Shown here piece by piece: positions 48,751-58,041 of a stretch of DNA of 58,630 bases. Positions within the stretch are counted from its first letter, which is position 1. Every line of letters starts with the position of its first letter. The notes beneath the pieces were generated by a model that was not told where the DNA came from, made no database searches, and worked only from the letters and a program-made list of their open reading frames with translations. The stretch comes from a virus. Lineage: Duplodnaviria > Caudoviricetes. The translations under genes were made by a program, and so were the position numbers. Location: positions 1 through 58,630 of IMG/VR virus record IMGVR_UViG_3300027861_000034; one strand, 5' to 3'.

Positions 48751-49936
48751 GAAATTAGTGATCAACATCGCTAGAAAAAGCCTTGACTTTGCCCTATTGG
48801 TAAAAGTACACTACATCGGCAACCTACTAAAAGGAGTTACTTGTAACTCAAAGTACGAACACTTCGCCTGCTGGTCTTGACCTTCTCTAAGTAAATAACC
48901 AAAAGAAAACAACAAGTCCAACGGAACGTAGTGAGTAGGACAAAGCCCTTGACCTTTACCATAAGGGCAACCCCTAGCCCCTTTAAAAAGGGGAATAGTT
49001 TTCTTTCTTTTTATCAGAACCTATCCTATAATTGTGCCCTTGGGACTTAGACCCGAATGGGTCGGTTATAGTATCAGTCCAGTATCAAAACCCTAAGCTG
49101 AGTCAATACGCTCAATCGCCACTAGGCTCCTCCGGAAAATGTATACAATTTACTTTGCCAATCTAATTAATTTAGTATAACCAATTTATGTGGGATATAT
49201 ACTCCTCCTCCTCCACTTTCGGAAAAGACCGGTACCCCCCCTTCCCTTTTTCGTTCAAAGTGTTTTTTCTGACAGATTACAGGATATGATGGTGTGAATA
49301 CTCCTTTTACTCCTTTTATTCCTTTTCCCCTTTCCTATACTTTATACCATTACTACCTTAGCTATTGTTACTATCTGCTGGTTGAACTACCTCAAATGAT
49401 TACAGCTATTCTAAGCTATGTTATGGTTATGTCTATACTTGTTATGGTGTTAAGTGGTATCGTGGGCCTAGCGTTACGCTATTGGCTTATTAGGTAGTAT
49501 TCTGTTATCTGCTTGGTAGTAGTTGCTGTAGTGGTGTGAGTATTAGTCCTATTTGTACAGCTGTAGCCCTAAGTTATGTGCAAGCTGTTGAGACCTCATA
49601 AAGTTAATTGTTTAACAATACACATATTTGTAAGTTTAGTTGTAAGCCTGTGTTTAGTAGTTAGTTATGATTATAATTCTTAGTGATTACTTGTATTTGT
49701 TAGGTATTTGTTACATAAATGTTAGTTCTATTGCAAATGAACAACTTACGACTATTGCCCTGCTTAGCTGATATTCTCAATTCTATCTATATCACATTAT
49801 TGTAATTGTACTTTGTGGTTTTTTGGTGGTCTTAATTTAATTGTATTTTTCTTACAAATTTCTTACAAAGTTTATTCTATTGAGTTTAAACAACTTATGA
49901 CTTATTGCTTACAAATATCTTACAAATATTTAACAT

Positions 49937-49952
49937 TGGCACATCGGTTGCT
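49937..49952 (+). promoter_or_regulatory. Sigma-54 (-24/-12) promoter candidate
   Basis: TGGCAC-atcgg-TTGCT, an exact match to TGGCAC-N5-TTGCW, pointing into the early operon. Confidence 0.65.
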
Positions 49953-50358
49953 ACTCTACTCAATTACAAGCAACATCGGTTCCGCTGGTACTTCTTGCCA
50001 CTCCGATAGTTTACTCACTGCAACAGTGGGACGTGAGACTGCAACACGTTAAACAGTATGCTAATTGAAAATTGAATAATACGGAATTGCTTAAACCAAT
50101 AAGACTAAAGTTTGAGCTTAGCAACACAGAGTAAGGCTAGCAAACAACTAGCCGTGAAAACTTGCTAAGATAGCTCAAAATAATAACCTTAGTTGCCTAG
50201 GCGAAGTTGGTCACTATACGACTAATAATCTTTTGATTATTTACAGGGGGCAGAATAAAGGTCTGCCTCTTACTAAGTGATTACAAGTTGTATTTACTTA
50301 ATGGTTACAATGTGTAGCCGAAACCCAAACAGTCTACAAATGTAGACAAGGAGATAGT

Positions 50359-50898
50359 ATGACTACTATTAATCAGATCGTCAAAGCCGTTGCAACAATC
50401 GACAAAAGCACTACTTCACTAGCAAATGATCAGTGTAAGTTAGGTCAACTTCTTAATGCTTATAAAGATGAGCGTTGTGTTGAGATTAAACCTAAAGAGT
50501 TCTACTCTGAAATTGAGGGCGCAATAAGCTATAAAAAAGCAATGGTTTGCCAGCTTATACAGTTAGCTAAAAATGCTGAAAAGTATGGTGTTGTTCTTAC
50601 ATTGTCTGCTAGCCGTTACATTCAAACTAATGCTAAGAATGAGCAATTTATTGAACATGTTGAGCAAGTTACATCAGTTAAGCAAGGAGAATTAGTTGAT
50701 AAGGCCGAGCTTGAGGCAGGATTTGAGAAGCCCGAAAGCGACAAGTCAACTGAAGAGAAGTTGATCGGAGCGTTAACTACTAGCCTTAATATCTGTAAAA
50801 AAGGCCTTAAAGTTGAAGACATAACTGAAGACCGTATAATTGAGCTAATTAAAGAACACCTATTGATTCCAGTTAAGGAAGCTGTAAAAGGTGAGTAA
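50359..50898 (+). CDS. First early gene; DUF3102-like helical protein
   Basis: AAGGAG RBS after a palindrome copy; LG..L...K...EF.......I.LA pattern. Confidence 0.55.
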   Translation: MTTINQIVKAVATIDKSTTSLANDQCKLGQLLNAYKDERCVEIKPKEFYSEIEGAISYKKAMVCQLIQLAKNAEKYGVVLTLSASRYIQTNAKNEQFIEHVEQVTSVKQGELVDKAELEAGFEKPESDKSTEEKLIGALTTSLNICKKGLKVEDITEDRIIELIKEHLLIPVKEAVKGE

Positions 50899-51394
50899 TC
50901 TTAAGCAATGGGACTTGCAGGGTCGCGACCTAGTTAAGCTAAGAACTAGGCGTGAAAGTGAAGAGAAAGTATTGTTGGTGTTGCTAGTCGCTGGAATAGG
51001 GTTGGTAATGCTGGCAGATGCTTTAATCATGGGGTAACAATATTTTACCGTGGTATCAATTGAAAGTGGTATCACGCTATAAGTATTGTGTACAGCTGTA
51101 TACAAGTTAACAAGAACCCTATAAAATAGGAGATACCAAATGGTATTCAATCGGCATGCAAATGCTAGGCAATTAGGCTTAAACCACTAACAAGTGAGGC
51201 AATATGAAAGAGTATTGTTTAAAGCAAGTACGGCTTATCAGATTATTAGCTGTACAGATGAAAGTAAGTGACGATGTAGCTACAGAAATTTGGTTAGAAA
51301 AGGGCTATGCGGTTCGTTATGCCAATGAATATGGCTATTTGAAAAGTGAATAAACTGTATACAGCTGTATACAAAGTAAGGAAGGGAAAAGATT

Positions 51395-51745
51395 ATGAGT
51401 ACAAATTCAACAATTACAATTAAAGATAGAAGTGTATTTAGAACTATTTATTGCCATTGGGATGGATATATAGATGGCGTTGGTTTTGAATTAAGAGATA
51501 ATTACAGGAATAAAGAAGCGATTTTAGAGCTACTTAAGTTAGGTGAATTATCTGCCCTTGGAGCTGATATAAGTAAGTGTGTAGCCTACCATAGAGATAG
51601 AGGCGAGGACTTATGTGAGGCCGATATAAATGAGTCCTATGATAAGTGCAGAAAAGAGGAATATAATTACCTGTGGATGCACGGTCAATGGTGGGAAGGT
51701 AGTTCGATTAATTCAATGAAGCCATTAAGTGAAATAGCAAAGTAA
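51395..51745 (+). CDS. Conserved phage early protein (IYCHWDGY family)
   Basis: MST.S.I...IYCHWDGY..GVG..L, AYHRDRGE, EYNYL. Confidence 0.75.
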   Translation: MSTNSTITIKDRSVFRTIYCHWDGYIDGVGFELRDNYRNKEAILELLKLGELSALGADISKCVAYHRDRGEDLCEADINESYDKCRKEEYNYLWMHGQWWEGSSINSMKPLSEIAK

Positions 51746-51759
51746 GGAAGGGAATAATT

Positions 51760-53412
51760 ATGAGTAATTTACAGGATTTTAGTGTTGAGCAAATAACAAA
51801 GGCAAGTAAGGAATTTTTGCCGACGTTGGATTTGGGTAGTGGTACAGCTATTGAGTTAGCAAGTAAGGTACGGGCTAATTTGAAGTTTAAGCCATTTACA
51901 GAGCAGTCATTGGTGCAATGGATAGAAGCTGGTGGCAAGGAAAGTGAGAAGCCTAAGCCACAAGATAAGAGTCAAGACGATACACCTTTTGACGATACTC
52001 CAGCACCACAGTCACAAACTAAGAAACCTCATGCAAGTGAGAAGCCTCAGAGCGATAAGGCTAAAGAAGTTGAGCAGAAAATGCAGGAAGCTATGAAGGC
52101 TATGCAAGAGGCAATGGAGGAAAAGCATGAACAAGAGTCTCAAAAGCAATCTCAAGAGGAAGCTGATGAGCGGTACGTATTGCAAGATGATTACAATGTA
52201 GATAAAGAAAAGATTGCTACTGAATTTGAGTCTATTGATCAAGACTTAGAGGAATTGTGTACAGCTGTAGACAAAGTTACTGAACAAATCAAATCTATTG
52301 ACAAGTCAGTAAAGAAAATTGAGATTGTAACTCCCGAACAACCTAAGCCAGTTGATGTAGGCGTAGCTCACTGGACTGTACCGGTGATAAGTAAGGCGGT
52401 ATATAAAGGCGTGCACCTAACCTTAGTAGGGCCAGCTGGTAGTGGTAAGACAACGGCATGTCACCAAGTAGCACAAGGTTTGGAGATGGACTATCACCCA
52501 ATGTCAGTAGGGCCACAAACTACAAAGTCTGATTTGATGGGATACAAGGACGCTCACGGTGTGTACCATGATACTCCAGTAAGAAAGGCATTTGAGCACG
52601 GTGGCTTATTGCTACTAGATGAGATGGATTCTGCTAATGCTGGTGTACTTACTATTCTGAATAGTTTACTGGCTAATGGACTATGCTCATTCCCCGATAA
52701 GACTGTTGATATGCACAAAGATTTCCGCTGTATCACGGCCTGTAATACGTTTGGAAGGGGCGCAGATAGGATGTATGTAGGTCGTAATCAGTTGGATGCG
52801 GCGACTTTGGATAGGTTCGGAGTGCTGGATTTTGACTATGACGAAGCCTTAGAAGCTATTATAATCGGTGTTCAACCTAAGGAAGCTCAAAAGGAATGGA
52901 AGTTTCAGAAGACACGTACAGTCTCAAGTGAGGAATGGTTGGCTCGTGTTCAACACTACCGTAAACGTGCCGGAGAATTGAAGCAACGTATGGTTATCAG
53001 TCCAAGAGCAGTGATCAACGGTAACAAGCTATTGGATATGGTGCTTACTGTTGGTGATGTCGAAGATATATGTGTGTTCAAAGGTGTTGATAATGAGATT
53101 AAACGTAAGCTCAAAGAGGGTTTTAAGTTTGATGATGGTAAGAAAAAGAAAACACCTAAATCGAAAGCCGATGCTGGCGGTGGTAATGGTGTGTGGATTG
53201 AGCACAAAGGTGGTAAGATGCCGGTGAGTGGGGACACGTTGGTTGATATAAGATTTGCTGATGAAAGTGATAGGTCAACCGACCAAGGTAAACAAGCTAG
53301 AAATTGGAGTTGGCGTTGGAGTGGTACACCTAGAGATAGCAATATTACAGCTTACCGTATATCACTACCTAAGACTGTTGAGAAAACAGAGGATGATCCG
53401 TTCGACTTCTGA
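51760..53412 (+). CDS. MoxR/CbbQ/CobS-like AAA+ ATPase
   Basis: GPAGSGKT, LLLDEMD, NTFG.G..R.YVGRNQLDAATLDRF, ISPRA. Confidence 0.9.
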   Translation: MSNLQDFSVEQITKASKEFLPTLDLGSGTAIELASKVRANLKFKPFTEQSLVQWIEAGGKESEKPKPQDKSQDDTPFDDTPAPQSQTKKPHASEKPQSDKAKEVEQKMQEAMKAMQEAMEEKHEQESQKQSQEEADERYVLQDDYNVDKEKIATEFESIDQDLEELCTAVDKVTEQIKSIDKSVKKIEIVTPEQPKPVDVGVAHWTVPVISKAVYKGVHLTLVGPAGSGKTTACHQVAQGLEMDYHPMSVGPQTTKSDLMGYKDAHGVYHDTPVRKAFEHGGLLLLDEMDSANAGVLTILNSLLANGLCSFPDKTVDMHKDFRCITACNTFGRGADRMYVGRNQLDAATLDRFGVLDFDYDEALEAIIIGVQPKEAQKEWKFQKTRTVSSEEWLARVQHYRKRAGELKQRMVISPRAVINGNKLLDMVLTVGDVEDICVFKGVDNEIKRKLKEGFKFDDGKKKKTPKSKADAGGGNGVWIEHKGGKMPVSGDTLVDIRFADESDRSTDQGKQARNWSWRWSGTPRDSNITAYRISLPKTVEKTEDDPFDF

Positions 53413-53526
53413 AGGCGTGAATATGAGTACTCTTTTGATACTGCTGAAGATAAGTGGTATCAAGAGTTTGAGGCTAGACAAGATAAATACAAGTAACTGT
53501 GTACAGCTGTATACAAAGAGGATGAT

Positions 53527-54387
53527 ATGAAATTAACTGAGACTAAGAAAGGTAAAAAGAAACTGACTCACTATGAGTTTGCTAGTCTCGCTGAGCTGGC
53601 TGACCATATAGAGGACTTACCTATTGACTATGACCGTGCAAGTATGGAGAAACCGGATAGTAAGTGGGCTGGCTGTGACTTTCCTACTGCTATAAGTAAG
53701 GCACAAACTGGTGATCCTTTACTAGCTGAGAAGCTGGCACATAAGGTTGATGCTGTTGAGTCATTGCTAGATAGTGAGGGTGTCGAGATAATCAGAGATG
53801 TGATAGGTGATTTCTTTGATATAGGTACGGTATTAAGTGGTGAACCGGAGTGCTGGTGGCGTGAGGAACTATCACCTCAAAAGGATACGATAAGGATTGA
53901 ATGTGCCTTTAGTTTATCAGCTAGTATAAGTGAGGATATGCTTATGAACAGGGGTGGTGCTGTAGTTGCTTTATGTGACAGCTTAGCTGATGCTGGGTAT
54001 GGTGTTGACCTAAGAATGGTGGCTGGTATTGAGTATAGTGGTAACTATTTCATGGTTGATGTAGGTGTATCATGTAAGCCGTTAGACATAGACTCTGTTG
54101 CATTCTGTCTGGCTCACCCTGCTACATTAAGGCGATTGGTATTTGGTCTTATGGAAACACACTACAATAAGATTAACTGTGGTGATGGATACGGTAAGCC
54201 GTGTGACTACTACAATGCTGATGGCAAGAGAGATAAGGAAGGCATTCACTTTGTATCTAATACTAACAAGGCATTCAACAAGTATAACTTTAGAGATGTA
54301 GAGGAAGCTGAGAAGCACGTAGTTAGAATGATTGAGAAGTACAATGAGTTAACAAAAAATAACGAACCATTATTCTTGGAGGGATAG
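53527..54387 (+). CDS. VWA-like partner of the MoxR ATPase
   Basis: DVIG...D....LSGEPECW, S.S.S (MIDAS-like), AHPA.LRR, GYG. Confidence 0.7.
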   Translation: MKLTETKKGKKKLTHYEFASLAELADHIEDLPIDYDRASMEKPDSKWAGCDFPTAISKAQTGDPLLAEKLAHKVDAVESLLDSEGVEIIRDVIGDFFDIGTVLSGEPECWWREELSPQKDTIRIECAFSLSASISEDMLMNRGGAVVALCDSLADAGYGVDLRMVAGIEYSGNYFMVDVGVSCKPLDIDSVAFCLAHPATLRRLVFGLMETHYNKINCGDGYGKPCDYYNADGKRDKEGIHFVSNTNKAFNKYNFRDVEEAEKHVVRMIEKYNELTKNNEPLFLEG

Positions 54388-54573
54388 GTATGAGTTACTT
54401 AGTAATACAACACAAAGGCGATGGACATAAGGTACCTCTTGCTATACATGGCGAATTGGAAACCGCTAATGATCATAAGGATTGGTGTACATCTAATTGT
54501 ATTGATGAGGCGAGTGATGATTTTTTCTATATAGTAGAACTTAATGGTGTTGAACAAAAGAGAGGATATTAAA

Positions 54574-54942
54574 ATGAATAAGATAATAAAGATAGACAGT
54601 AAAACAAAAACAATGGAAGTCCTTGCGCTTAAAGCGAATACAGCTGTAGACAGTTCTGTACAGTCAACACATATGAGAGAGTTGATAGGGTGTAATTACT
54701 TTGAACACGCTGTACTGGGTGGCAACATCGACATTTGGTTTGATGAAGAGTATCAGCTACATGAAGAGCATGAAGGGTACGGGTTTAAACTTCCAAACTT
54801 TGAGCAACCTGTGCTAGGTAATGCAATCATAACAGCCTTTGATGAAGAGGGTAATACAATGGGCTTAGAGAATGCCAATGAGTTGGCTAGGTTTATGATG
54901 ACAGTAATACAGTTCGGACAATCTAAAAAGAAGGAGGAATAG
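54574..54942 (+). CDS. DUF3846-like protein
   Basis: LIG...E......DIW.DEE...GNAII...D.EG...GL. Confidence 0.65.
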   Translation: MNKIIKIDSKTKTMEVLALKANTAVDSSVQSTHMRELIGCNYFEHAVLGGNIDIWFDEEYQLHEEHEGYGFKLPNFEQPVLGNAIITAFDEEGNTMGLENANELARFMMTVIQFGQSKKKEE

Positions 54943-55209
54943 ATGTTGTATGATCTAAAGAAGTTGAGGCGTAGACTAGGTATCAAGGTACCGGAGATAG
55001 TAGAGAAATTTAACCTACATAACAGACAGATAGTGTACTACTGGGAACGCAAGAAGCAGTATCCGGAGTACGTCAAGGAGTGGATGGATAAGAAAGAGGA
55101 CGATATGAAAGCCTTCAATAATAAGGCTTCACTTAGAGCAATTGACGAGAGACTAAAACGATTAGAAAAAAAGATAGGAGGTTCAGATGTTTCGACCACT
55201 GAGAAGTAA
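54943..55209 (+). CDS. XRE/Cro-like HTH protein
   Basis: LKKLRRRLGI...EI.......Q.VYYWE.....P. Confidence 0.7.
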   Translation: MLYDLKKLRRRLGIKVPEIVEKFNLHNRQIVYYWERKKQYPEYVKEWMDKKEDDMKAFNNKASLRAIDERLKRLEKKIGGSDVSTTEK

Positions 55210-55666
55210 TGAGATAGAATGTAGGGTTCAATCAGTAAAGGCTAACGGGTTTGTAATGTTGCTATACAAGGACGCTCGATGCGATATGTCTATACTTGAT
55301 GAGACAGTCGGCCCACTCAATTGGATGCGCTCACATTCAAGGGAAAACGCTAACTGTACTGTGTCTATATTTAACAAAGAGATAGGGCAATGGATAGGCA
55401 AGGAGGATACAGGTACTAAATCCAACACCGAAGCTGAGAAAGGTATGGCTTCTGACTCGTTCAAAAGGGCGTGTTTTAATTGGGGTATAGGCCGTGAATT
55501 ATATACAGCTCCATTCGTTTGGATTAATCAGATGCAATATGTCAAGAACGGTAAGGTTTATGAGAAGTTTTCAGTAGCTCACTTGGCTGTTGAGAATGGA
55601 GAGATAACACAGTTGGCTATAGCTGATAGTCGTGGAACAGTAATCTATAAATACAATTGCCAGTAA
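55187..55666 (+). CDS. Rad52/Sak-like single-strand annealing protein
   Basis: LLYKDAR....LDE.VG..NW, K.D.G.....EAEKG.ASD.FKRA...WGIGRELY. Confidence 0.85.
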   Translation: MFRPLRSNEIECRVQSVKANGFVMLLYKDARCDMSILDETVGPLNWMRSHSRENANCTVSIFNKEIGQWIGKEDTGTKSNTEAEKGMASDSFKRACFNWGIGRELYTAPFVWINQMQYVKNGKVYEKFSVAHLAVENGEITQLAIADSRGTVIYKYNCQ

Positions 55667-56097
55667 TCGTGTACAGCTGTATACAAAAGGAGAAGATAAT
55701 GAGTGAAGTAATTGAGTTGCCGTTGAGTGTGTACAATGATGTAGAGTTCGTTGATACCGTTAAGGTTACGACCCTTTGGTCTGATGGTGATAATATAACA
55801 TTTAAAGTAGAGGAGAAGTAAGATGAGTAATCACAACGCAGAAACATCAAAGCTATTCAAGCAAAGATACACTTCGCAGAACATTATATCAGAGAAGCAA
55901 CGACAACAGATAGAGAAGCTAGAGGAGGAGGTAGCAGTACTAAAACATACTGTAATTCGTGTACATAATACAGCGCAATTAGCCGGTGACTTTCCATCAA
56001 AACAGACGATGGTAGATATAGTTAACTTGTGTGATACTGTACTATAAGTTTGAGGGTAAATAATAGGTCAGTTAGACCGCAAAAATGGAGAAGAGAA

Positions 56098-57006
56098 ATG
56101 AGTAAAGATAGACTAGAGTGGTTGGAGAATCGCAAGAAGGGTGTTGGTGGTTCTGAGATAGCAAGTATATGTGGGCTGAGCAAGTGGGCTACACCTAAAG
56201 ATGTATGGGATAGTAAGCTGGGTAACGTGCCTGTATCAGATGAAATGACTACGGCTCAATTGTTTGGTACATTGGCTGAGCCTATAATCGTTGAGATGTT
56301 TGAGCGTAAAACAGGGCTACACGTAACGACAGGATGTGATCAAGTTACTGATGCTAATTACCATTATATGCTGGCTAACGTGGATGGTATCATTGCGAGT
56401 GAGGGTTGCATCTTTGAGGCTAAGACTGCATCTGCATTTATGGCTGGTGATTGGGGAACTGAAGATACAGAAGAGATTCCTATCGGTTACTACCTACAAG
56501 TCCAACACTATATGGGCGTGCTGAACATGAACAAGGCGTATGTAGCGGTGTTGATCGGTAACGCTGACTTCAGAGTATATACTATCCAAAGAGATGATAC
56601 AGTTATCAAGCGTATTAGATTGGCTTGTAAGACGTTTTGGGAGGACTTCGTAGAAAAGAAGGTACAACCTCCACTTACTGTAGATGAGACTATTAGCGAG
56701 GCTTGCAACGTAATACAGGGCGCAATCATTCATACTACTCCATTGGTAGAGGTAGCACTATCTGATCTTAAGGAGTTGAAGGCTCAAGAGAAGGTTCTTA
56801 AAGCTGACATCAAAGACCAAGAGAATATTGTTAAGGCTCACATTGGAGAGAATGAGATACTAGTCAACGCTGATGGTGGTACGCTGGCAACGTGGAAACA
56901 GTCAGTATCAAATAGGTTTGACTCAAAGGTGTTCAAGAGTGACAACCCCGAAACATATAATCAATACTGCTTTGAATCTGCATCCCGTAGATTCCTAGTT
57001 AAATAA
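56098..57006 (+). CDS. YqaJ-like viral recombinase exonuclease
   Basis: WL..RK.G.GGSE, G...EP, ANVDG, EAKT, Y.LQVQHYM. Confidence 0.9.
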   Translation: MSKDRLEWLENRKKGVGGSEIASICGLSKWATPKDVWDSKLGNVPVSDEMTTAQLFGTLAEPIIVEMFERKTGLHVTTGCDQVTDANYHYMLANVDGIIASEGCIFEAKTASAFMAGDWGTEDTEEIPIGYYLQVQHYMGVLNMNKAYVAVLIGNADFRVYTIQRDDTVIKRIRLACKTFWEDFVEKKVQPPLTVDETISEACNVIQGAIIHTTPLVEVALSDLKELKAQEKVLKADIKDQENIVKAHIGENEILVNADGGTLATWKQSVSNRFDSKVFKSDNPETYNQYCFESASRRFLVK

Positions 57007-57039
57007 ACTGTATACAACTGTACACAAAGGAGAATAGAG

Positions 57040-57432
57040 ATGAATATGAAAGCAGAGATGAATGCAATACTAAATGAGATGGACGCAAGTGAGATTGATG
57101 TAAGTGCAATGAGAAGGCCGGAAGGTATGACTGAAACAGAGCATCGTGAGGCTTTAGTTAGTGAAGTGTCAGAGATGATAGCATGTGTTGCTACTGGAAT
57201 TAAGATAGCACTAACTGGTAAGGATGGATTCAAAAACCTAAAGGAGTTTGATGAGTTTATTCATAAGTTTAGAAAATCAACCAATACTCTTGATGATATG
57301 ACTGAAAGACTTGCAATGATTATGAGTGTTAAGATCAGTGAGTCCGGTGATGAGGGAGTACAATTTTTAAAAGGCATGAAACTAGAAGTCCTAGACATGC
57401 TTAAAAAACAAATAACAAACGAAGGAGAGTAG
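57040..57432 (+). CDS. Hypothetical protein
   Basis: AAGGAG RBS after a palindrome copy. Confidence 0.6.
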   Translation: MNMKAEMNAILNEMDASEIDVSAMRRPEGMTETEHREALVSEVSEMIACVATGIKIALTGKDGFKNLKEFDEFIHKFRKSTNTLDDMTERLAMIMSVKISESGDEGVQFLKGMKLEVLDMLKKQITNEGE

Positions 57433-57633
57433 AGAGATGGTAACAGTATCAGAGGTAATGGCAGAGAAAGCAGTGTTGGAACTAAGAGTATCAGCATTGG
57501 CAAAGGTATCGGGTGATAAGCGTAAGGTGTTGACAGCTAACGAGAAGCGAGCACTAGGGGTTATCCTTAGTGAAGAGTCAGCTAAGCTAGAGTCATACAT
57601 GGGAACACAACTAACAGTAGCAGAGGTGGTATA

Positions 57634-58041
57634 ATGGAACAGGAACAAAAGGTTTGGGTCGGTGGTATCTTCTTTAAGAAGCACACGTTCTCTAATGGTG
57701 GGTCACAGATTAAGGCATGGAGTCCTAACGTAGATGAGTTATGCGCTTGGCTACAGGCTAACAAGAAGGCTGATGGTACTATCGCTTTTAATGTCGGTGG
57801 CAGTAAGGTTCCTCGTATGGACGATAAGGGTAATGAGAAGCTGAACGCAAGCCTAGACACTTGGGAGCCAGCAGGAGGGGGGCAAGCTCAACAGCAGTTT
57901 GGTCAAGCACCTCAACAGCCTATTCAGACTCCGGCTCCACAGCAAGGGTATCAGCAAGCACCACAAGGGCAGTCTGCACCACCACAATATCAGCAAGGTG
58001 TAGCTCCACAATATGCTCCGCCCCAAACCCCACAAGGTTGA
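57634..58041 (+). CDS. ssb: Single-stranded DNA-binding protein (acidic tail continues in frame to 58089 past TGA)
   Basis: Short beta domain, Q/P/G linker, in-frame downstream LTDVATDVDDDIIPF*; sits in the SSAP-YqaJ module. Confidence 0.65.
   Translation: MEQEQKVWVGGIFFKKHTFSNGGSQIKAWSPNVDELCAWLQANKKADGTIAFNVGGSKVPRMDDKGNEKLNASLDTWEPAGGGQAQQQFGQAPQQPIQTPAPQQGYQQAPQGQSAPPQYQQGVAPQYAPPQTPQG

Noticed and set aside
49294-50052. ORFs 49294-49497 and 49813-50052
   Set aside because: Low-complexity T-rich sequence, weak starts, no RBS; they overlap regulatory repeats
51150-51170. Second sigma-54 promoter (CGGCATGCAAATGCT)
   Set aside because: GG-to-GC spacing is 9, not the required 10
51760-53412. 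MoxR ATPase as the sigma-54 activator
   Set aside because: No GAFTGA loop; motifs are of the CbbQ/MoxR type
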